A stretch of 58,315 nucleotides of DNA, the filler included, from Sphacelaria rigidula (taxonomy: Eukaryota), in NCBI GenBank assembly GCA_964200075.2. It is 5 parts of 5 records of this genome, joined end to end, with 100 filler letters (N's around TTAATTAATTAA, not from the genome) between each part and the next. Parts side by side here need not be neighbours in the genome. Positions count along the whole stretch, not along the records: positions 23,369 to 34,951 come from CAXNAA020004747.1; positions 35,052 to 46,633 come from CAXNAA020004748.1; 3 more parts are not named here. One strand, given 5' to 3'. The notes beneath the pieces were generated by a model. The model was not told where the DNA came from. It worked only from the letters and a program-made list of their open reading frames with translations, and did not search any database. The first letter of the stretch is position 1; the number at the start of each line of letters is the position of its first letter. Below are positions 26,401-38,100 of the stretch, piece by piece. A program made the translations under genes and the position numbers.

Positions 26401-26943
26401 GCAGCCAACGCCGAACCAACGGGGTCATCTTCCAGACGATACGTAGTCGCAATTAGCATGCCATTGAAGTTCTGAAACGTTCAAGTAACATGTCCATTGT
26501 AAGCAGTCATCACACCATCAGGACCACCAAGATCATTCCATGACCTGCCATCAAAATTCTGCGCTGGGGGAAAATAGGTTATACCTCAAGTTGGGAGAGC
26601 ACAACACGTTCTCCAACTCTACGGGAAATTCGCTGTCAGCGGTCACAAACACCAGCTCCAGTGTTCCAGAGAGTGCTACCTCCCAAGTCACGCCATCAAT
26701 CTCTTTTACGTTATTGTGGCAAGGCTTTGCATCCTTCATGCAATCGACAGAATCAATCATGTGGAAAGCAGTACCCGTGTCTGCATACCAATCTTCGACA
26801 GACCTATCCTTCCTTACAAGAGAAGATAATTCACGAACAGCGTCATCACCGTACAAGCACTCACGCAGCATAGCATCGTAAAATGCCACCAGACACGTTA
26901 GATCACTCGAGTTGTTCAAGCTGGTTTGAGAGAGCAACACCAA
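23435..26943 (-). pseudogene. copia pol pseudogene (PR-INT-RT-RNase H)
   Basis: ORF pieces 26551-26943, 26238-26459, 26014-26262, 25613-25930 and 23593-24765; final stop TAG at 23435-23437. Confidence 0.93.
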
Positions 26944-28143
26944 ACTAGACCTCTTACCGTTCTCATCCTCGGCATTCTCGGATTTTCCGGTCTGGGTAGG
27001 ATGAGATCACGCGAGCCAGGCAGTCCTTCCTCAAGTGATCATTTTCTCTATGAACAATGGATCATTCGGACAGGACACCACAAGAGTTTCACGCAAAGTC
27101 TTATACTCGTGCGACAGTCCCTCAAGCATCAGATTGCACACCTCTCTGTCATATTTCTTGACTTCAAGATATCTACCATCAAGGATCCACATAAAACGGT
27201 ACAGCACCCAGGGTTATTGCTGGGGCCCTTCAAACCGGAACCTAATGCACCGCTATTTTGCTACAGTCAAAACCCAGAACGAAACAAGCAGCTAGATTAC
27301 CGGCTGTACAAAATTTCAACAACAGTATCATGTTGGTAAGTCGAAATCAATGTCTGCAATCGGAATACAAGCGTCAGAAACAAACGCCTCATACAGATTA
27401 TTGTGTCGGGCACTCAACAGAAAGTTCTGCGACCATGAGGGATACGACACGTCGTTGCCGTCAAAAACAGGAGAATTGGGAACTTAAAAAAAAAGACCCC
27501 TACCCAACTTTTTTCCTGTTTCAGATATGTCAGCCCCAGGAATCAGAGTTTTTCCACTGGCTACGTTTTTCCACCACTTACTCGACGGAGAAGGAGCGGG
27601 TGGAACAGAGGACTGACCTCAAGCCCCGCCTACAGTCCCGATCGAACCAAAGTTTACTGCAGCAACAGAGGAACGATTTACAGAAGATACATGTGGATTC
27701 AAGCCTGAGTCTGCAAGACTGCTACTCCCAACCCAATGCTGGACACGCCTAAGCCTTGGGCATCGCCACCCATACTTCCCGCAGTCCCACCAGTACAAAA
27801 TTACAGTAGATGCATGAGGATTCAAGCCTAAGTCTGCACGACTGTTACTCTCAACCCACATGCTGGACACGCCTAAGCCTTGGGCATCGCCACCCGTACT
27901 TCCCGCGGTCCCACCAGTAGCATCGTCAGAAAGATGCACACTAATCTCTGGCCCGCTGCCTCCCGGCGCGACAGCTACAAAACCGGAGGACCCCACTTTC
28001 TCTCCTTGTTGCTCAACTAGCGACGATACTACAGTCGCAAGCTGAGACATCTGTGTCTCTATGGAACATATTCTCTCACCAACTTCCTGCGATTCACCCT
28101 CAGCTGGGTCAACCGCAGGATCCTTGTTCGCCAGTTCAGCCAT
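26944..28143 (-). pseudogene. copia gag remnant with an internal ~120-bp duplication (~27690-27925)
   Basis: ORF 27619-28143 (MAELANKD...) lies downstream of the putative PBS; GGATTCAAGCCT...ATGCTGGACACGCCTAAGCCTTGGGCATCGCCACC occurs twice. Confidence 0.7.
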
Positions 28144-28341
28144 GATGAGGCAGGTTGATCAAGCCTTCCTCAATAGTCTCATGCACGATCCAGGGGGACG
28201 AAGCAGCAGTCGACTGGACACGCTGTAGCGTGTTGATAAACTCGTGACTTCTGGAGAAAAAGATGTACTGTATTATTGAGACCTTGGTCCACAGAGACGA
28301 GCCGGGAAAGTGAAGTGAGCACGGTGGGCGAGCCCGTATCA

Positions 28342-28735
28342 TCTACAACCAATAAACTATAAACTCTGAAAACCAAAGAACCAAAGACAAGTTCCGCAAA
28401 CATTCTGTAACCTCAGCAACGTTCTGCATGATTCCAGCAACGGAACCCGGACCAACGCACTTCCTTACGTACCACAAAACTTTGGATTGTTCCCCACACC
28501 ACAGATACCATGCTCGGACTAACGCAGTATCCACGAAGAGTATTCCTACATAAGCAACAGAAAGGACCGCGAAAGTTCTTCGCAATTCTCAAATATGTGG
28601 TAGCTCAGCAACCTACAGATCGACAGTTCCGTTATTCAAATCGTCCAATCAGATGTTCTACACAACTCAGTCGATACTACAGCAGCTATCACGAACACAT
28701 CACGCCAGATATATCTGGATCACCCGCCGTTCACA
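28342..28735 (-). repeat. Probable 5' LTR of element B
   Basis: Starts TGTGAACGG exactly where the SINE homology breaks; followed by TGATACGGGCTCG, resembling the GGTTATGGGCCC internal-tRNA(iMet) PBS. Confidence 0.55.
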
Positions 28736-28838
28736 TTGACCTTCCTCCTGTGTGACCCCAGCTGGTGCGCCCACATACTGTATACCGAAAGGTGTAGATC
28801 GGCGTCCAGAATAGATGGGACAACAACACACAACACAA
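28736..28838 (+). mobile_element. SINE-like retroposon 3' end, truncated by the copia insertion
   Basis: TTGACCTTCCTCCTGTGTGACCCC.GCTGGTGCG...CAGAATAGATGGGACAACAAC; matches 46891-46977. Confidence 0.75.
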
Positions 28839-29323
28839 CCCGCCATTCACAGATTGAATTACAAACCCGACAACACTTAAAATCCCAGCTACAATAATAC
28901 CACCACAATAACCCTGCAGCAAAGAGCGCGAGCCGGGCGCAGGGATATGGATACACACCGCAGTAGTTGGATATGATGTATGTCTTGTTGGTGAAAGTTT
29001 AAACTTGAGCATCTTCTTCCATGGTCGCGTAGTCGCGCGGTGCCGGAACCATGCGGGGTAGGGTGCGGGCAATAACCGGCGGCTTGTATTGCATACATAC
29101 CCGCCATGGACAGTAGTGCAGGCAGACAGAGTTGCGCACACTGTCCTAGTCTTTTTCACGTCGCACTGTAAGCAAAAAACATACATATAATCCTGCGCTG
29201 TCTGTAGTGTACTTTGCCCGCTTCCTCTTCGTGTCCTACTGACTGCAGTGGTCAGCATGCTGCGAAACGGGCGGTGTGATGCATACTCAGTAGCTGACGG
29301 TATATAACACCGCCATGCACCCA

Positions 29324-29961
29324 GTATACCACATATTCTGGAACTGTCCATTCAGGCCTATTTGATCCTAAAAGTAGTATCGCGATAGTATCGCGATAGA
29401 AAGAAGGACAAACTTCTCTATCGCGATGCTATCGCGATGGACATAAATGGCCAGGATTGGCATCGCGATAGCATCGTTTCACACCCTGGACAATACAATA
29501 GGTTTCCAATATATATTTGTCGATCATATTGGAATTTTGCAATGTATTGCCGGCGTAATATATATTGGTACCCTCCGACTGCGCACGTATTGCACGCCCA
29601 ATATATATGGGTGCCGTGGGACTGCATACATATTGGTCGCCCAATACATATTGGTACTGTGGGGTTGAACACATATTGTCCCATCAATATATATTGGAGC
29701 AGCGTGAGCGACAGCATATTGCACGACTAATATATACTAGAGTCACACTGATGAGAACATGTTAACCGGTCAAAAATATTGGGTCTGCGTGGGTGCCAAT
29801 GTACTGGCCGGTCAATATATACTGGATATCATAAGTATGGTGTACGCTCTAAGAAAGATCCAGACGCGATAGATGCCAGAGCCCGTGCAGATTGGGAAAA
29901 GCTCCAAAGGGAGCCGCAGACGTTCGCGTGCATTACTACGGAGAGTAGTCGAATGCGTTTG

Positions 29962-29992
<31 letters not shown>

Positions 29993-31435
29993 AACATATA
30001 CTAGTTAGAAAATATGGTGACGGAAGAAGCGACATGGTATATATGCCTCCTGATACCTAAGTGGCCACCGGTGCGGGGCCGCCCACCGCCTTCCCAGCAT
30101 CAAATTAATATATATATATATATATATCTTGGCTAAACATCATGATGACAGAAAACGCGGGTCGATATGCGCCTTTTGGTACCCCTGTGGTCACCGGGGC
30201 TGTGTTGCTTATACCCTGGACAATACAATATGTTCCAATATGATTCCAATACTTTGTATTGGAGCCAGCGCAAATATTGTCCTTTCAAAATATATTGTGT
30301 TGAAATGTCCTCGGAGACATTGGAGCAACAACATATATTGCTCGTGTCATGGTCATGAGGTAATGTATGACGAAATATAATGGACATACCTTTGCTCCGG
30401 GAATAAAACATTCAATATTTATATTGTGCATGCTGGCCGTGTATGTATTGAAGTGTCAATATATATTGAGTCGAAGCGATGCTTAGCATATTGTTACGAT
30501 AACATATTATATTGAACAGAATCCATGCACAAAATATTGTTTTCCCAATATATATTGCGCACGCTCATCGCATAGCAATTGTGCAGCCAATATATATTGA
30601 ACACGCTCGCGGAGGAATATATCGAGCGTTTTCGGCATGTGGTGACACACATTTCAATGGCGCCCGCGAACATGGAGTTGCCCACAATACTAATTCCAAT
30701 ACACTTTGCAATCTACATGCTGAAAATCAAAACATATTGCGACACCAATATGTATTATGACCGCCCGTTCCCTCGTGTATTGTCCTCCCAATATATATAT
30801 TGGACGCGTTGGCGCACGACATATTGGGGCGGCAATATATATTGGCGCTTCGGGTGTTGAGTAGATTGAATCATCAATATATATTGACCTCGTGTGGCAG
30901 CCAATTTATTACTCGAAAAATATATATTGGTGCCTTCTCGCACCAACATATTACTCGGCCAATATATATATTGAGGTGGCGCGTGTCGTGATATATTCTC
31001 CGGTCGATATATATTGCACGTCGCAAGGCATGGCATATTGCTCGCCCAATTTATATTGACCACCCGACGCGTCGACATATTGAACGGGAAATATATATAT
31101 CAGATATTGTATTGTCCAGGCTGTGCATCGTTTACGACCAGAGAAAATCAAATTAAGGTAAATTGTCTGGTTATACATATTTCCTCGTGAAAATATTTAA
31201 TGTCGCCAGGGGTCGTTGCAAGAAAGTGTGCGATCCTGTGGCAGATAGTATCGCGATAAAAAATGCAATTTCTCTCTATCGCGATGCTTTCGCGATGCTA
31301 TCCGAGCCAAATTTCCCTATCGCAATACCATCGCGATAGAGACTTTCGGCTTTTTTTCTATCGCGATAGTATCGCGATACCATCGCGATAGGAAAATTAT
31401 GCCTATAAGGGCCGTTCCAGAATATGTAGGGGTCC
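29324..31435. mobile_element. Mutator-like MITE (~460 bp without its insert) with ATCGCGAT subrepeats
   Basis: TIR cores ACATATTCTGGAAC / GTTCCAGAATATGT; direct repeat CCATGCACCCA at 29313-29323 and 31436-31446; a 9-11 bp TSD and G termini fit MULEs. Confidence 0.8.
29480..31125 (+). mobile_element. Non-autonomous TIR transposon with 8-bp TSD, copy 2
   Basis: Same TIRs; perfect TSD CATCGTTT at 29472-29479 and 31126-31133; colinear with copy 1. Confidence 0.93.
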
Positions 31436-32689
31436 CCATGCACCCAAAGTTACAGGCATCCACTTTGTTCAGCCATGCGTGGCGCATATGTCACTCTGCG
31501 TTATGTTGCACCGCACGTATATAAACACGATAAATATATGGTACTGTCCTGCATGGTGTACAGTTCAGTACAGCACCAAACCGTGCTTATTGTTGTGATG
31601 GTCGAATCGCCGTCAACGTACAGAATGAACCGCGGTCATATTTTTTGGCGTGTTCATTCGAACAAATGGGAGACCCGAGACTACGGGGTTTAAAAGCCTG
31701 TATAGATACATCGCCGAGGTTCGTTCATGCAGCACTCTATCATCCCTAGCTTATTTCAGGTGGTGGCGGGCAAAATGAAAATTACTTCGGACAGCTTCTG
31801 GTGTACAAATTACATCTGCGAGTGTATATGGGATTTGTACAGCCTCTTCTCTTCGAAATAAATCCTTTTTGCTCGATTCCAATAATTTGGAATTAGGACT
31901 TATATCGAATAGCAGAAGCAGTAAATAATGATTCCAGATTCTTCCATAGCACTTGTGCTTCGAAAACGATCCAGGGGATTCAAATATTGACACAGACCTT
32001 GGAGGGCCCCAACAATGAAAATCCTCTAAAGGATTACGAATACCCAAGATCCTGTAGGGGGGATTTCAAAACAGACGGAACCGAGGATGACGTTTGGGAA
32101 TTCCTCTACAAGGTAGCAGAATGGCCGCGTGTCCAGATAGACAACAACACAGAGAGTATATTCCCGGATCGGCGGCACGTTTGTCGTGGTGCGCCAGACG
32201 CACGAAGCGAATGCGGGATTTAGGCAATGCCATCGATACGCCCTCTAAACGGAGTGCCTTCGGCCCAGACTGCGTGAGACATCAGTGAGTGCATCTGTTG
32301 ATACGCAGATGCGCTCACTTCCACATCATGATCTGCTGGGTGACTCCTGCCCCGGCAAACAAACATCGATCCGTATTGTGCACTTTGTGGATGATGTTAT
32401 TCTACGCGGTACCCATCTAGGCATCGCCTGTAGATGTGCTCACTTCTGGAGGCACGGCCGTGCAAGCGCTGCCAGTGCTTGTACGCGCTGAAACTTCGAC
32501 CACATGCCGTGTAGACCACAGACGTCAACTTCATCTTGCTGAACCTGGGGTTGCGCCGAGTGTGCGTGCGTAATGGGGCGAAACTATGTCGGGTTTTGTT
32601 CCGATTTTGTTTTTGCGGAAGACTGTTAGGAAGGCCCTGAGTGCGGTATGATCAAATGGTTGGATATGTACAAGAGTAGTCTATGTACT

Positions 32690-33660
32690 CAAAGGATCCT
32701 GAGAAATATAGTTGAGAACAAAATGAGGTCCAACTCTAGAACAGTGTTTTCCCTGACCTGAAATCGTGACAGTTGACTTTCATTTGGACGAACGCATGCC
32801 CCCCGACCCCCCTGAAACTATTCTGGGGGGATTCTAGTGTTTTATTCCCCCGAAAAGTGTGTGCGATTTACAGGCTACGAAGCGTCCCTGTCCTCACCCC
32901 GAAATCGGGGCAAAAATGTGATTTTGCGCATACCCTAGGGGGAAGGGAAGGCTGGACATCAGGTCATCCATATGACAGTCATTTGTTGAGACTTTCGGCC
33001 AGGGAAGACTTATTCTTCGAGTTGAAGCCCATCCCGGAATTCGACCCCATTTCTCAGGATTCTGTTACAAAGTATCGATCCTGAGAAATGGGATTGACCG
33101 TGAAAATGAGCTTCGACTACAAAACCATAGTGCTTATAACAGCCAATCGTCAAAATTGAAGATGGAGCTTTTCATTGAGGATGGGCACCCGGAGGATTAA
33201 AATATGGGTATCCACACCAAACCTTCGAATATGGTTTCATTCCTTCAGTCACTGGTAGCTATTGACGAGTGCTACATGCCATACAAATTTGGATTTCGAC
33301 AACTGAAATGTTGGGGTCCAACGTGGAAAGGCAATTTGGGGGATTTTCGGCGATCCGATTGGATCACCTCAATTCCCCCAAATTGTTTTTTCATCTAGGA
33401 CCCCAACATTTCGATTATCGACATCCGAATTTGCATGGTATATGGTACTTGTCGATGGCTAACAGTAGCTGAAGGAATTGAACCATATTCCGAAGGTTTG
33501 ATGTGGATACGAAGATTTAAATCCTCCGGGTTCTCATCCTCAATAAAAGGCTTCATCCTCGATTTCGAAGATCGGCTGTTTTTTCCTGACGTGAAGCCAC
33601 GACTGATGACTTTCATATGGAAGACCTTATCCCCTCAACTCCCCTCAAAATATTCTTTGC
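32690..33660. repeat. Chain of imperfect palindromes (centres ~32877, ~33068, 33359)
   Basis: CCCATTTCTCAGGAT/ATCCTGAGAAATGGG arms; 33139-33579 is self-complementary almost to its centre (GATCC-GATT-GGATC). Confidence 0.8.
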
Positions 33661-34152
33661 CTGTAACACTGGCGTGTGCTTATAGCTACACGTCGATATC
33701 CAACTCAGGGATATCATGGGCTTCAGCGCCAAGCTACTACAGACAGCGTGTAGGGTCTTGTGGAGGGGCATTTCGAAACTGAAACGATTCATTCAGAAAC
33801 TGACCGCTTCTCACTCTCAACCGTATCCTCTACTCTCGATCTTACTAAAATATTGTTTTTTAACCAGCCGGCGTATATCTGCCGGCGAAGGCAGATTCAA
33901 GGACCTGCCGGCGGTGTAGGACCAATTTCACAGACAGAATAACTGTGCAGACCCGCATTTGAACAGCCTGGATTCGTATTTGAGGTTCAACATTTGGGTG
34001 AGGTTCAACGGACTATCGAAATTTCATTTGCTTTCCCCAAAAGGCTCGGGATTCGCAACCGGTTTCGAACATTTAACCCTAACTCAGAAGTTTCTGCGCG
34101 GCAGGGTAAGCATGATGAGCAGTCCGACAGAAAAACCGCTGTCATCGATTGT

Positions 34153-34353
34153 GAGCAATGCTACGGTAGGGTTGCACTTTTTTCGCTAAACTTTGTCTGG
34201 GTCAGAGGCTCCTAACGATTCTTGACGCACAAGAATATGGGCCGGGGCATCCCCGTTTGCAGATTTTTTCGGGNNNNNNNNTGGATGAGATAAGGGGCTC
34301 CTAACAATTCTAACCTCAGAAAATATTTGTGTACCCCTACCGTAGCATCACTC
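34153..34353 (-). mobile_element. Sola-like MITE, copy 2
   Basis: GAGCAATGCTACGGTAGGG...CCCCTACCGTAGCATCACTC; 4-bp TSD TTGT on both sides; interior is the reverse complement of copies 1 and 3. Confidence 0.88.
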
Positions 34354-34744
34354 TTGTGCGGCATCTTTTTTCGAGCAGGACCTGCGTCCAAGCGCTACGG
34401 AACACGTAACAAAGCAGGCTGAAAACATACCTCTTTGGACTAGTCATCGAGTTTTCGAGCGCCTCTTGCTGAGGATCTGAGAGAGACTTCATACTGTTGC
34501 GCCAGCGACGACCGCCGTCAGCAAAACGTGTTGTATTATATAGGGCTATCGTGGCTTGTGTATAAAATACACAGTGTTCAGCTGTCAAAGTGACAGGAAC
34601 AATCGGTTCAACTGGTGAACCCAGCTCTGACAACAGAGCTCGCACAGGCTGCACAGTGTTGGTTAAACACTTGCTTGTGCGATGAGAGAAGATGGTTGAA
34701 CTTGCCGCTTCATCCGGGCGTTACTCAAATCAAACACAACCAGT

Positions 34745-34951
34745 ATGTGTGTGTGTTGTCCCATTTATTCTGGGCGCCAGTCTACCCCTTTCGAGATATG
34801 TGGGTGCATCAGCCGGGGTCACACAGGAGGATGGCCAACACAGAAGCTTTTTTTTTATTTGTTTTTAGTACCCCACCTTCCTTCTGCGGTGCCTGCCTTA
34901 ATTTTTTTATCGCGAGAGGGCTTCAGCAGTCCCTTTCCCTCGTCGACTGTG
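34745..34951 (-). mobile_element. SINE-like retroposon 3' portion at the scaffold end
   Basis: Reverse complement of the 46780-46977 repeat, with a CA-rich tail. Confidence 0.75.
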
Positions 34952-35051
34952 NNNNNNNNNNNNNNNNNNNNNNNNNNNNNNNNNNNNNNNNNNNNTTAAT
35001 TAATTAANNNNNNNNNNNNNNNNNNNNNNNNNNNNNNNNNNNNNNNNNNNN
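34952..35051. other. Artificial scaffold-joining spacer
   Basis: Same 100-bp N/TTAATTAATTAA/N structure. Confidence 0.97.
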
Positions 35052-35124
35052 GTGGGGAAAGCACTGTTTTAGGCTTGAGCCTCATCTCAAAGGTAAACCT
35101 CAATTCGCACAATTTGTTGTTAAC
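35052..35124 (-). repeat. Same element terminus, interrupting the integrase of element C
   Basis: Matches 11526-11584; integrase homology stops at FRYILVV. Confidence 0.8.
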
Positions 35125-38100
35125 TACCAAAATGTATCGAAACACGGCATCTTCCGACAAACCTTGGGAAACTAGCGGGCCTCTCTCGCCCACGTACAAG
35201 ATGTCAAAATGAACGCCTTCATTCGGCGTGATCCAATGGACCGTTTCGCCGAGCGGACGCGGTACAACATTGCCCGCCCTCGAGTCAGCACAGTGAAGAC
35301 ACTGACGGACAGATTCGCGCACATGAGTTTCTATCCCCTGCCAGACACAAAACTCTTGCAAGCGCACAAGCGTCGCAGCCACACCACGATGCCCGGCGTC
35401 GCGCATGTGCGCGCAAATCATTAGACGTACCTGCAACTGCTTGTCAGAACTCGGAATCCACAAAAGATTTCAGCCACGCACATGCACATAAAACAGACTT
35501 TCATCGCCCAAGATAGCAGTACCAACGTCCGACTCGAAAGATAGCACACCCGCATCTTCGGTCCCAAGGTCTTTTCGGTGCGCTTGGCGGACAACAGATT
35601 TGAACGGCATCGAGTCATCAGGTTCACACGGACCATACACAGCCACAGCGCGCACAGGCAAAGCCGGAAATTTCACCCAACGCGAGAGTAAGCCACCCCA
35701 CGCGTTACGGTCACCCGAAATATGACAGGTCGAGTAACGGTGCTGGCCAAGAACAGCTTTCTAACCCTCCAAACGTTGTGCCAATGCTTTCGACACAGAC
35801 GTGACGCACGCTTCCGGGTTGAAAATGAACACGAGATTTCGGTGATCCGTGAAAATGTGCACGCCATCACACAAAGGATGCTCCAGGTCGAGGATGGAAC
35901 AGCGTCACGGCGTGAGCCACCAGATTCCTCGCTGCCGCCCACGCCTGCAACCTACCCTCCGTCCACGATACAGGCGGAAAAGTCCGTTAGTTTGCAACAC
36001 GCTTCGTCCGCCTCGCAGCACCCGCCATGAGGTCTTCGAGGAAAACACGCAGCAGAGCTACGGTTTCTGCCATACGCGGCAAGGAGGTACGCAGCCAATT
36101 CACGGCGTGCGGGAATTGCATGAGTTCTGCGGCCGTCTCCGGGCGCCGCATGTCAGACAAGCCTTGCAATCTGACAGGGTCATGAGATATGCGTCCGCGT
36201 GAGTACACTTTCCCACACCATACGGGTTCACTAGCAAAGAAAGTGCTTTCAAGCGCCGTTGCAAACAAACCAAAATCCCCTGAACGGGCCAAGATAGCAT
36301 CAAGCGTGTCTAAATGTTCGTCTTCCGTATCCGCGAAAAAAACATATCATCCACCCGTATCTTGCATTCCAAGCCGATAAGCAGTTATCTCATGATACCT
36401 TGAAAATATGCCGTGGCATTGAACACGCCTCGCGGTACTCGCTTCGAGGTAAAGAAGCCTAACGGGGTCGTGACTGTGAAAATCTCCTGCGCCTGCTCCA
36501 CCAACGGCATCTGCCAATAACCTTGGAGGAGGTTCAACTTGCCAAAAAGACGAGCACTCAAGAGATCACGCATGTCCGACTCTTGATTGGGCATCCCGCC
36601 CGGCGACTTCTCAACCTGATCATATCTGGCCTTGTAGTCGCGTACCAGGCGAAACGAGTCTTTCTTGGGAACCGCCATCGCCGGATTGGACCATACCGCC
36701 TGCAGGTTCCGGACTACAAACCCAAGCGCCAAAAGAGCCGCCATGCACGACGCCAACCTGCTCGACTTCACCGGATCATACCGCCGCGGCTTTGCCTTCA
36801 TCGCGGATGCCCCAGTTTTCAGCTGAACACACATAGGCTTCACGCGCGCAGGGGGATCACCCCACAGCGCACGACGAAACGCGTTGACGCGGTGATGCAA
36901 GATACCGCGCAGGCGTTCCGCTTTGGGAACGCTGAGGCCTTCCGTCACGGCATCCGTCACGCTCCCCTCCAGCGCGACCTTCCGAGCGGACTCCTCTTCC
37001 GCCGGGTCCATGAACATATCCGAGCCGCGCTCTACTAAGCGTCCCCCCGCCGCATCCCGCTCCTCGGTCACCTGCCCCCCAGCCTCCTGAAACGCATCCA
37101 CCGACAAGCTCACGCGCCGACTGCCCAAAACAGGCGGGCGTCTCCACGTGCGGACCAAGCGGAGACATCCGCGTCTTGATGGAGTCCTTCAACCTATCAT
37201 TCAGGTCGACTCCTAGATCCTCGGCAGCCCCAGAAGAACAATGCCATCCGATCCTGGCATAATCGCAAACGAGATCGGAGGCAACGGCGCCAGCCCCCAA
37301 GCAGTCTTGAAATCTTGCTGCAACGAAACAATACGCTTCGTGACGGAAACATGCTGATCCGACGCGGTGACTGCCTGTCGCGCCTCTAGCGAAAACGGTA
37401 TGCGCAACGGTACACCGAGGAGTTGACGCTCTGGCATCTCAGCCATCTGCACCGGCAGACTAGTGAAATGTGCGCCAGAACCCAACACAGACCAAATCAA
37501 AATGACTCCAGGCTGTCATCGATTCGGAAGGCATAACTCCGCCGGAATATATCTGTCGGCAAGCTCCACGGGAACTTCTTCCGCTGACCTATGCGCCGCT
37601 AATCCCACTTGATGCCACGGCTGCTCATACTGTGCAGGCAAAGACGCTTAGGCAGGTTCAAACGGCACCACCGGCGGATACGCCCCCCAGCCAGCAAATT
37701 ATGAATTTTGCGATCCTCAGACCAGCACGTCAACAAGCGTCGCTCCTGGTGCTGCTGCGGGTGTCGCCGCCGGCGCCGCCACCACCGCCGCCGGCGCAGT
37801 GTTCGACTCTGTAGAAGTCGGGCCCACCTGCACCGCCCGTTGCGGAGCAGCAGCACCTACGGCGGCGCCGGGCCCAGAGCCAGGCCCATGCTGATGCCGC
37901 TGCCCCTGCTGCTGGTGTTTCTTCTGCTGCTGCGGCTGCTGCTGAGGGCTCGCCTGCGACCATCCATCGCCGGAGGATCCGCTGCCACCACCACGATTAC
38001 CTCGTCTTTTGCCCTTGTGCCGACGATACTGATGGCGCGCGGCACCAGACTGCCCAGACTCTCCACCGGAAAACGTTGGGCAACCGCGCGCGTAATGACC

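Larger units (their letters stand above)
23369..28735 (-). mobile_element. Decayed Ty1/copia LTR retrotransposon (element B)
   Basis: Order gag, protease (WYADTGTAFHM), integrase (VKDDFTR, RSD, YNGVAVR), RT (KARLVAKGFKQ, DIEQAF, LYGL.QA, HVDD), RNase H (YVDADFA, EYLAM, ADILTKAL); scaffold ends about 65 bp past the pol stop, where the PPT/3' LTR is expected. Confidence 0.95.
28880..32050 (+). repeat. Copy of a foldback-type repeat family hosting the nested insertions
   Basis: 28880-29323 plus 31447-32050 align by eye with ~45140-46290; boundaries approximate. Confidence 0.7.
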
